NCBI GenBank assembly: GCA_002011125.2
Contig: MTMF02000008.1
Coordinates: forward strand, 1-64,000
Length of the DNA: 64,000 nt
Origin: Candidatus Hydrothermarchaeum profundi
GTDB lineage: Archaea; Hydrothermarchaeota; Hydrothermarchaeia; Hydrothermarchaeales; Hydrothermarchaeaceae
Direction: 5' to 3'
Shown: positions 20,240 to 28,202 of the stretch, one piece after another
Layout: each line of letters begins with the position of its first letter
How positions within the stretch are numbered: position 1 is the first letter of the stretch
Notes under the pieces: generated by a model
What the model saw: the letters and a program-made list of their open reading frames with translations, nothing else
What the model was told of the DNA's origin: nothing
The model's database searches: none
Made by a program: the position numbers and the translations under genes

Positions 20240-22630
20240 TTATGCCCTTTCGACTTTGCACTTACATACCTTATAATTTGGTTCTCCAGCTTTGGACCAG
20301 CTTTTAGGATCGTCTACTGTAAGGTCGTTTATAAGTTTGTTTTCGTCGAACCATGGCACAAATACCATGCCCGGTTGGGCTCTATCAGTAATCCAGGCAG
20401 ACAAAACAATACTCCCTCTAGGAGAAGTTATTCTAACATTTTGTCCGTTTTTTATACCAAGTCTATCAGCGTCTTGAGGAGAAATCTCCACATATGCTTC
20501 GGGGTTAAGTTCACGCAACAATCTGACCCGCATCGTCATAGTTCCAGTGTGCCAATGTTCTATAACCCTCCCAGTGTTCAATACATATGGGTACTCTTTA
20601 TCTGGCATTTCAAAATCGACTTCTGCGTTTACAGCCCTGATTAAAGCTTTTCCCTTTGGTTCTCCGTGTAAAGGATTGGTACCGTAATAATTTACAGGTC
20701 CTTCAAGCTTCTTATCTTCGAGGTGTTGATCATACAAAGTAACATATCCCGTCGAATATTTTTTGGTTGTTTTTCCAAATACTTTCTTAGCATATTCTTT
20801 TGAGATAAATCTCTTATTTGAACCTCTATTATCAAAGTCTGTTGATGGACAGGGCCATTGTACGCCCCCTGCATGGGCCTTTAATTTTTCTCTTGTAGCT
20901 CCCCAGAGATCCACATCGGTGCCTTTAGTGCATCTCCTATACTCGTTCCAAGCTTCTTCTTCTGTTTCAAAGCCTAAATCCTTCCTACCAAGCTTTTTAG
21001 CTATCCTTTTTGCTACTTCTTTTATCTGCCAGAAATCTGGCTTAGCCTCACCTGGGGGGTCAATCAGCTTGGGGATGAATTGACTTCTTCTATCTGTCTG
21101 GCCCATGACACCTTCTTTCTCTACCCACATTGCTGATGGCAGTATTGCTGTGGCTACTTCAGTTGTTCTATCCGGATATATGTCGCTTACCACGGTAAAG
21201 GCCTTACGCATTGCTTCGCGATAGCGATCTGCGTTGGGAAGACTTTGTGCAGGGTTTGTAGTATTGATCCAGATAGCTTTTATATCCCCCTTCTCTAATC
21301 TCATAAACATATTCACTGCGGGACCGGTAGGTTTAGTGGGTAGCTGTTCCACTGGATACCCCCATATTTCTGCAATCTGTCTTCGATGTTCTTCATTAGC
21401 TAATAATCTATGGCCGGGCAACAGATGAGTTAGTCCTCCTTGCTCCCTTGTTCCTCCGCATGCATTAGGTTGCCCAGTCAATGATAAAGAATCGCATCCT
21501 GGCTTACCAATTTTACCAGTAATTAGGTGCAAATTATGGACTTGGCAGTTCAGTTGTACTCCCTTCGTTCTTTGATTTAGACCCATTGTCCATAAGCTAA
21601 CAGTAGAATATCCTTTTCTTGCAAACCAACTAGCAGCTAGCCTTATATCTTCTGCTTTAACACCAGTTATGCTTTCAACTTTTTCAGGAGTATAGTCTTT
21701 TAAAAATTCTTTAAATTCTTCAAGATTCATAAGTTCTCCAGAGCTACCCAACTCTTTCTTAAAAGTGCAGTATTTCAAATGCTCGTGGTCTACCAAGTCT
21801 TCATCTATTATCACTTGCGCCATGGCATTTAATAGATACATATCAGTTCCAGATTTAAATTGTAGATGTAAATCTGCATATCTAGCGGTTGGAGTATACC
21901 TAGGGTCTGCAACTATAACTTTAACTCTATCTGGATATGCGCTTTTCCTGTCAATAACACGTCTAAAAAGCATTGGATGTTGTTCAGCCATATTTGCGCC
22001 GATGATAAAGAAACAGTCTGCCAAATCGAGATCATCATAGCTACCTGCTGGTTCATCTGTTCCGAATGTATTGAGATAGCCTCCTACAGCGCTTGCCATA
22101 CATAGTCTTGGGTTTCCCTCAACATTTGCAGTACCGATTATACCTTTAAAAAGCTTATTCGCTGCGTAGGCTTCCTCTGTAGTATTTTGGCCCGATCCAT
22201 ACCATGCCACACTATCTGGACCGAATTTTTTAATATTATCGACAAAGGTATCTGCTATTAGGTCCAGAGCTTCTTCCCAGCTTACCTCCTTGAAACTGCC
22301 GTCTTCTTGCCGGATCAGGGGCTTAGTCAATCTTTTTTTTCCTCCCCCACCATAAAGTATCTCTGGCAGTTTGTATCCTTTCATACAAAGCCTACCAAAG
22401 TTTACCGGACTATCTGCGTCACCTTTTACTGCAACTACCTTGCCGTCTTTAATGCCGACTAATACAGTACAACCTGTGCCGCAGAACCGGCATTGTGATC
22501 GTCCAAATTTCAGTTCACTTTCTTTAGCGAATACGGGTTTCACAGCTAGACCTGCATAGGTCATAGCAATAGCAGTTGCTGATGCTTTTATGAACTCTCT
22601 CCTACTCAGTTTCATTGACATTTTATTCAC
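20240..22630 (-). CDS. napA: Periplasmic-type nitrate reductase catalytic subunit (monomeric Desulfovibrio-like NapA)
   Basis: Tat motif SRREFIK; [4Fe-4S] CRFCGTGC...GRLC; Mo ligand region GNPRLCMASAVGGY; SLTGQPNACGG; TGRVIEHWHTGTMT; likely ATG start at 22621. Confidence 0.92.
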   Translation of the reverse strand: MNKMSMKLSRREFIKASATAIAMTYAGLAVKPVFAKESELKFGRSQCRFCGTGCTVLVGIKDGKVVAVKGDADSPVNFGRLCMKGYKLPEILYGGGGKKRLTKPLIRQEDGSFKEVSWEEALDLIADTFVDNIKKFGPDSVAWYGSGQNTTEEAYAANKLFKGIIGTANVEGNPRLCMASAVGGYLNTFGTDEPAGSYDDLDLADCFFIIGANMAEQHPMLFRRVIDRKSAYPDRVKVIVADPRYTPTARYADLHLQFKSGTDMYLLNAMAQVIIDEDLVDHEHLKYCTFKKELGSSGELMNLEEFKEFLKDYTPEKVESITGVKAEDIRLAASWFARKGYSTVSLWTMGLNQRTKGVQLNCQVHNLHLITGKIGKPGCDSLSLTGQPNACGGTREQGGLTHLLPGHRLLANEEHRRQIAEIWGYPVEQLPTKPTGPAVNMFMRLEKGDIKAIWINTTNPAQSLPNADRYREAMRKAFTVVSDIYPDRTTEVATAILPSAMWVEKEGVMGQTDRRSQFIPKLIDPPGEAKPDFWQIKEVAKRIAKKLGRKDLGFETEEEAWNEYRRCTKGTDVDLWGATREKLKAHAGGVQWPCPSTDFDNRGSNKRFISKEYAKKVFGKTTKKYSTGYVTLYDQHLEDKKLEGPVNYYGTNPLHGEPKGKALIRAVNAEVDFEMPDKEYPYVLNTGRVIEHWHTGTMTMRVRLLRELNPEAYVEISPQDADRLGIKNGQNVRITSPRGSIVLSAWITDRAQPGMVFVPWFDENKLINDLTVDDPKSWSKAGEPNYKVCKCKVERA

Positions 22631-24099
22631 CTCTTCTTTGTAGCAGTGTAACCAGCTACTGCTAGCGCTGTAATTGCAACTAGTCCAACTAGTATTAAAG
22701 CGCTCTTTGATATACTTTCCTTCTCAAGTTCTTTGATTTTTCTAGCTTGCGTTAACCAATCCTGCATTATATTTAGCTTGTCTAACAGTGCATCAACAGC
22801 ACCATTCCAGTGAGTCCAGTCAGGACCCATCATACTTGCTCCCATTCTCCACCGTCTACCATCATGGTGCCAGATATAGTAGTGCATAACTTCCGGTATC
22901 TCGTCAATAGGATTATCAGCGCTGATTAGTCCCTCTTGATAAGCTTCTTGCAGTAAATCATCTACGTAAAAAAACACCTTGTTATAGTCATTAACTACTC
23001 TATCAAATTCTATAAAGTATTTATCAGTCCATTGTTTGCTGTGGCACTCCTTGCATATCTTTTTCATTTTAGCTCTTCCTTGCTCGGCTTTTTCAGGATC
23101 GGGAATTCTCTCAAGTACAAGATCTACTTCATCAGGTCCCTTCCATTGAGGAACAGATATTTTTGGTTGAAGTTCCCAGTAGAGCCTCTCACCGACGTCA
23201 TGAGTACTTTCAACAGCTCCTCCGAAACCTGACATGTGGCATGTTGCACATGTAGGAGCAATTATATCTTCAGGTCCCCACTGTCCCGGAGGCACATTCC
23301 AATTCCAGTTATCTCCTGATGATTCATATATATTCCCATGCTTTGATTCTTCGTATATCTCTATTTGAGGATGATCTGGCCCCATATGGCATTGACCGCA
23401 GGTATATGGTTTCCTTGCCTGAGCAATACTAAATTCATGCCGAGTATGACATGAAGTACAGGAACCTAAGCTCCCATCGGGATTTACCCTCCCTATACCT
23501 ACATTTGGCCAACCTTCTAGTTCTCCTTCCTCTCCTGCGATTACAAAACTTCCATGGCATTGGATACAACCAAGAACTATGTTATTGTGATCGTACTCTG
23601 GGTTATCTAATAAGCCGGCATTTTTTAGTGCCCCGCTGTCAGGGTAGAGAGGGGATAACGTGCGTTTAGCTATTTCTACGGGATTAAATTTTTTAGCAGT
23701 TTCTTGGCTTAAAGGATCAAGCCCCTCTTTTTTTGCTTTAATGTAATAAGGTTTAAGTGGGCCCATAAACGCTGCCCATGCATGTTTGCTCTTCCAAAAT
23801 TCTTTTGTCTGCTTTGTGTGGCATCCTTCGCAATATTTGGGCGAGGGTATAGCTGTAATAAAATACCCATTGTGATCGTAACCAGATGGGTCGTCCTCCT
23901 TTGCCTCATGGCAAACATAACACTTAACTCCAACTTCGCTGTGTTTACTGTTTTCCCATTGTTTTACAATTCCAGGCGTAATAGTATCGTGGCAACTTAT
24001 ACATGGAGCTCCGGGAGTAATTGCATATACTTCCATATCCTCTGAAAATATCATTAGTGCTAGGAAAACCCCCAAAAGTAGTAAATATGATTTTTTCAT
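22627..24099 (-). CDS. Octaheme hydroxylamine-oxidoreductase-family cytochrome c (reductive epsilon-Hao/OCC-like) with C-terminal membrane anchor
   Basis: Signal peptide; 8 CxxCH (CISCH, CYVCH, CEGCH, CIQCH, CTSCH, CGQCH, CATCH, CKECH); GPDHPQIEIYEESKHG; WHHDGRRWRMGASMMGPDWTHWNG; C-terminal TM. Confidence 0.9.
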   Translation of the reverse strand: MKKSYLLLLGVFLALMIFSEDMEVYAITPGAPCISCHDTITPGIVKQWENSKHSEVGVKCYVCHEAKEDDPSGYDHNGYFITAIPSPKYCEGCHTKQTKEFWKSKHAWAAFMGPLKPYYIKAKKEGLDPLSQETAKKFNPVEIAKRTLSPLYPDSGALKNAGLLDNPEYDHNNIVLGCIQCHGSFVIAGEEGELEGWPNVGIGRVNPDGSLGSCTSCHTRHEFSIAQARKPYTCGQCHMGPDHPQIEIYEESKHGNIYESSGDNWNWNVPPGQWGPEDIIAPTCATCHMSGFGGAVESTHDVGERLYWELQPKISVPQWKGPDEVDLVLERIPDPEKAEQGRAKMKKICKECHSKQWTDKYFIEFDRVVNDYNKVFFYVDDLLQEAYQEGLISADNPIDEIPEVMHYYIWHHDGRRWRMGASMMGPDWTHWNGAVDALLDKLNIMQDWLTQARKIKELEKESISKSALILVGLVAITALAVAGYTATKKR

Positions 24100-24195
24100 A
24101 TTCCTCTCACCTCCCTATAGTAAATCGACTATTATCCCTCTAATTAAATTTGAGTTTTTCATACTTTTACCATTATAAGTCAATCTTTTAAGTAA

Positions 24196-24231
24196 TATTT
24201 ATACTTTTTTTTGAAATTAAATTTCAAATAA
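24196..24231 (-). promoter_or_regulatory. Promoter of hao-napAD: palindrome TTTGAAA-N5-TTTCAAA plus BRE plus TATAAATA
   Basis: Minus strand reads TATTTGAAATTTAATTTCAAAAAAAAGTATAAATA about 100 nt before the hao ATG; near-identical to 19651-19681. Confidence 0.65.
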
Positions 24232-24298
24232 ATAAATTATTTTTTAAAAAAAGTTTTAACTAGGATAAAATTCTATATAACACTCTTTTTATAGTTTT

Positions 24299-24955
24299 TT
24301 ATTTATCCTTTTTCCAAATCCGCAATGTTTCAATAGCTTTTTCACCGTTTTCCGTAAGAAAATATCTCTTATCTTTTCCTTGGTCTATCATATTTTCAGA
24401 TTTTAATACTCTAAGATGAAAGCTAAGTTTTGTAGGGTCTTCTACCCCTAACTCTTCTTTTATATCAGTAAAACGTAGCTTCCCCTTATTAAACAATAGT
24501 TCTCCGATATTTCTGCGAAGCGGATTAGAAAAAGATTTTACTATAGAGCGTCCTAAAGAGATAGCCGAGAGATCACGAGCCATCTCTTGTTGTTTAGCAA
24601 ATTTTGATTCTTCTATTGCCCTCTTTATCGTAACTTGAACTTCATTTAGTTTAAATGGCTTAGATATGTAATCACTAGCACCACTTTTTATAGCCTCAAC
24701 TGCACTTTCAATGGTGGCAAAGGCTGTGATAACGATTACCGGCACCCATGGTCTTTGCCTTTTCACTTCTCTTAATACTTCTAATCCGTTTAACCCAGGC
24801 ATCACAAGATCAGTTAGTACCACATCGACTCCCTCAATATTCTCTAATCCCTCTTTTCCATTTGAAGCCGTTATTACCTCATATCCCTCGCTGATGAACA
24901 TCTCTTTCAAACCTTCTCTCATCTTCTGGTCGTCTTCGATTATTAGTATGTTCAT
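24299..24955 (-). CDS. Response regulator, REC plus winged-HTH (ArsR-like) output domain
   Basis: IEDD, VLTDLVMPG, ITAF, ISKPF; C-terminal SNPLRRNI...FTDIKEELGVEDPTKLSFHLRVLK...YFLTENG. Confidence 0.9.
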   Translation of the reverse strand: MNILIIEDDQKMREGLKEMFISEGYEVITASNGKEGLENIEGVDVVLTDLVMPGLNGLEVLREVKRQRPWVPVIVITAFATIESAVEAIKSGASDYISKPFKLNEVQVTIKRAIEESKFAKQQEMARDLSAISLGRSIVKSFSNPLRRNIGELLFNKGKLRFTDIKEELGVEDPTKLSFHLRVLKSENMIDQGKDKRYFLTENGEKAIETLRIWKKDK

Positions 24956-27504
24956 ATTGGCAACTCCACGGTTACAATAGTGCCCTTACCAACTTCACTT
25001 TCAACATTGATTTTGCCTCCATGTCTCTCTATTATTCCATAGCAAATAGATAGACCTAAACCCGTGCCCTTACCTACTTCTTTGGTAGTGAAAAAGGGGT
25101 CAAAAATTTTGGGCAAATGTTCTTTAGGGATACCTATACCTTCATCAGATATTTTTATTTCCACTCTATTTTTCTTTTTTCTAGTAGATATTGTTATCTT
25201 TCCTCCATTCGGCATAGCTTGTATAGCATTAGTTATAATATTCATAAAAACTTGTTGTATTTGTATTGGGTCAGCTTTAATTTTGGGAAGGGCTTCATCA
25301 AACTTTTTAATCATTTCAATTCTTGGGTATTGATGCCCGATTATCTCCAAGACCCTTGTTATCTCACGATTGACATCTACTGCTGTTACTTCTGGCTCAC
25401 TTTGCCTTGAGAACTCCAACAATGAATTCACAATCTTCGCAGCTACATCAACCTGTTCTTCGATTATTTTAAGTTTCTTTATATCAGGTTTTCCTTTCTT
25501 AAATTCCTCTAATAACATTTGGGCATACATGGAAATATTGGCTAGAGGATTATTTATCTCATGGGCTACCCCTGCTGCAAGTTGCCCTACGGTTGCAAGT
25601 TTATCAGATTGTAAAAGCTGTTTCTCAAGCTTTGCTCTCTCTTTTTGGGCTGTGATATCTCTAACCACACAGACGAGTGCTTTTAATTTTTCATTTTCAT
25701 CTAGCAATTGTCTTATACTGATATACCCTGGAAAAGTTTTACCGCTTTTTTTTAATCCTTCTATTTCCCCATCATATTTTCCGCTTTCAATTGCTTTTTT
25801 AATGTAGCTAATTGCTTGTTTTCTATTAGGAAATAAGATCTGAATATTTTGTCCCAATATCTCATTTACTTTCCATTCAAAAATGGCCTCCGCAGCTTTA
25901 TTCCAAGACTGAAGTTCACAAGCGAGATCAATAGAAATTATAGCTTCATCTACGTTTTCAACTAAGCTTCTAAATCTTTCTTCGGATTCTTTTAGAGCTC
26001 TTGTTCTCTCTTCAACTTTTTGTTCTAACTTTTCGGAGTATTCTCTCAACGCTTGCTCTAATCTAGCTTTTTCTATGGCTAGACCTGCCTGAGCTCCAAA
26101 ATTTGCAAGTTTTTGGGAGTCTTTTATAGACAGCTTTTCTTTGCTTCCTATTCCAATTACTCCTACAACCTTATCTCCAGCAAGAAGAGGCACTCCTATT
26201 CCGGATTTCATTCCCGATAGCCTAGCGATCAATGGAGCTAGTTTTAAGATTTTCTTGTCCTTAGTGTTGCTCTTAACAACTTCTATAATATTCTCAGTTA
26301 TAATTGGCTTCTTTTTACTTATAATTTGATAGAACAAGCTACCTTTAAATAAAGGCACTCTGTATCCTACTCCCTGTAGTCCAGTAAGTTCTTCTAACTT
26401 TTTTGCTACTTTGGAATCTGCAGAATAACTCTTGCATATGAGCGAATTTTCTTTCTCATCTAACAAATAAATAGCCGCAGAATCATAGCCATAAACAGAG
26501 GTTATGCCTTTTGTTATAGAATCTAAAATTTCTTCTAACTTTGCCCCTGAGTTGAGTAAGTTATTAATTTTTTGTAATAGTCTGAGTTCTCGCTCTGACC
26601 TCTGTATCTCGGCTGTTCTGTTCCTTACTTTTTCCTCGAGATTAGCATAAGACTCTTTTAGCCGCTGTGACATTCGATTAAATGATCTTGCAAGGTCACC
26701 TATTTCATCCCCTGTGTTTACATCTATATTAATGTCATAATTACCCTTGCTTATTTTATGAGTAGCGTTTTTAAGCTTCCCGATAGGCTTTAATATAATA
26801 TTCCGTAGCGAGAGGTAAAGTATAGATTCAACTAATATAATTATAACCAGCGCGGAAATAAAGAGGAATTGTTTGTTAGTGGATAGGGCCACAAATGCAT
26901 CATCCATGGGCATAAAAATACTTATGCCTCCCCTAACGTCACCTACTTTGTAACCTTGCTTAGCATGGCATTGAAGGCAAGATTCTTCTATATAGAGGGG
27001 AGCCATATACCGATAAACCCAAGTGCCATTTACTACCTCTATCTGAGTAGCCTCTTTTTTTCCTTTTTCGAATTCTAATAGCGCCTTTTTTTCAAATTCA
27101 TCTGGGGCATTGGCAGGATTAATCAACTTCAAACTTGTTATGTGAAACTTATAAAGCCCCTCCTCTTCAGCGTACTGGGATAATTCTCTTGTTACTAATG
27201 CAGGATTTCTTTTTGTAAAAATTTTATCTCCTACTCTTATTTCAGGATTTTTAAGATATGGATTGGATTCTACTCCTGGTTTTTTTTCTACAAATACTCC
27301 ACCCTGATCCGCTATCCAGCTTCTCGTTAGAACTATTTGCTTGAACAAAATCTTTGCCTGTTTATCTACTTCACTAATTATCTGTGTTTCTTGTTTCTCA
27401 GAGACCCAGTAAAAGATTGAGGCTATTGCAATAGCTGTAACTAAGCCTATTGCTAGCATTACTTTTATTCCAAGCTTCATTAATGTCCCTACCAAATTAT
27501 TCAC
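24952..27504 (-). CDS. Sensor histidine kinase: TM, heme-c sensor domain (DUF3365/Tll0287-like), TM, HAMP, GAF, PAS, HisKA, HATPase
   Basis: NPANAPDEFEK and YRYMAPLYIEESCLQCH...GDVRGGIS in the extracytoplasmic domain; AHEINNPL; FDPFFTTKEVGKGTGLGL. Confidence 0.9.
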   Translation of the reverse strand: MNNLVGTLMKLGIKVMLAIGLVTAIAIASIFYWVSEKQETQIISEVDKQAKILFKQIVLTRSWIADQGGVFVEKKPGVESNPYLKNPEIRVGDKIFTKRNPALVTRELSQYAEEEGLYKFHITSLKLINPANAPDEFEKKALLEFEKGKKEATQIEVVNGTWVYRYMAPLYIEESCLQCHAKQGYKVGDVRGGISIFMPMDDAFVALSTNKQFLFISALVIIILVESILYLSLRNIILKPIGKLKNATHKISKGNYDINIDVNTGDEIGDLARSFNRMSQRLKESYANLEEKVRNRTAEIQRSERELRLLQKINNLLNSGAKLEEILDSITKGITSVYGYDSAAIYLLDEKENSLICKSYSADSKVAKKLEELTGLQGVGYRVPLFKGSLFYQIISKKKPIITENIIEVVKSNTKDKKILKLAPLIARLSGMKSGIGVPLLAGDKVVGVIGIGSKEKLSIKDSQKLANFGAQAGLAIEKARLEQALREYSEKLEQKVEERTRALKESEERFRSLVENVDEAIISIDLACELQSWNKAAEAIFEWKVNEILGQNIQILFPNRKQAISYIKKAIESGKYDGEIEGLKKSGKTFPGYISIRQLLDENEKLKALVCVVRDITAQKERAKLEKQLLQSDKLATVGQLAAGVAHEINNPLANISMYAQMLLEEFKKGKPDIKKLKIIEEQVDVAAKIVNSLLEFSRQSEPEVTAVDVNREITRVLEIIGHQYPRIEMIKKFDEALPKIKADPIQIQQVFMNIITNAIQAMPNGGKITISTRKKKNRVEIKISDEGIGIPKEHLPKIFDPFFTTKEVGKGTGLGLSICYGIIERHGGKINVESEVGKGTIVTVELPI

Positions 27505-28202
27505 TAATCTTTATCTGAAGAAATTTTTTCCAGATATAGAAGGAGTTTTATTATTTCACTACCTTCTTTCGTGAGGGAATATATTTTATTCTCGTCTTGC
27601 TTTACTAATTTTATTGATTTAAGAGTACGCAAATGGAAGCTTAATTTAGTCGGGTCCTCTATCTCAAGTCTTCTTAGGATTTCTGTAAAGCTGTAGTTCC
27701 TAGCGGCTAGGAGTTCCAAAGTATTTCTACGTATTGGGTTGGCGAGAGTTTTAAGGATTGAACCCTTACTAATGTCGACCTTTGTTATCTCGTGGTCAAT
27801 CTCTTGTTGAATAGTTTTGCTTTTTTTCTCAAATGCTGTTTCTTTAAGAGCCCTTTCAATTGCTTTTTGAACTCTTGACAGCTCAAATGGTTTATATATA
27901 TAGTCGCTGGCCCCACTTTTCATAGCTTCTACGGCACTATTCACAGTTGGATATGCTGTTATCATAATCACCTTGGTATTAGAGTCGAGTTTTTTTATCT
28001 CTTTTAAAACTTGAAGTCCATTTATACCTGGCATAACAAGATCTGTTAGGACTATGTCAAAGGATTTTTGTTCAATCATTTTGAGAGCCTCTTTCCCAGA
28101 GCTAGCAGTAAAAACTTCATATTTATCTTGCAATGCGTAAGCAAGCCCCTCACATATTAAGGGGTCGTCATCTACTATCAGTATTTTCTCGCTCATGTTC
28201 AC
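27504..28202 (-). CDS. Response regulator, REC plus winged-HTH; paralog of 24299..24955
   Basis: VDDD, VLTDLVMPG, ITAY, IYKPF; ANPIRRN...EDPTKLSFHLRTLK...YSLTKEG. Confidence 0.9.
   Translation of the reverse strand: MNMSEKILIVDDDPLICEGLAYALQDKYEVFTASSGKEALKMIEQKSFDIVLTDLVMPGINGLQVLKEIKKLDSNTKVIMITAYPTVNSAVEAMKSGASDYIYKPFELSRVQKAIERALKETAFEKKSKTIQQEIDHEITKVDISKGSILKTLANPIRRNTLELLAARNYSFTEILRRLEIEDPTKLSFHLRTLKSIKLVKQDENKIYSLTKEGSEIIKLLLYLEKISSDKD

Noticed and set aside
20240-22630. Formate dehydrogenase or assimilatory nitrate reductase; possible selenocysteine
   Set aside because: The active-site segment is RLCMASA (Nap type, Cys-Met) rather than the FDH C/U-H motif; Tat signal and napD are present; no in-frame TGA.
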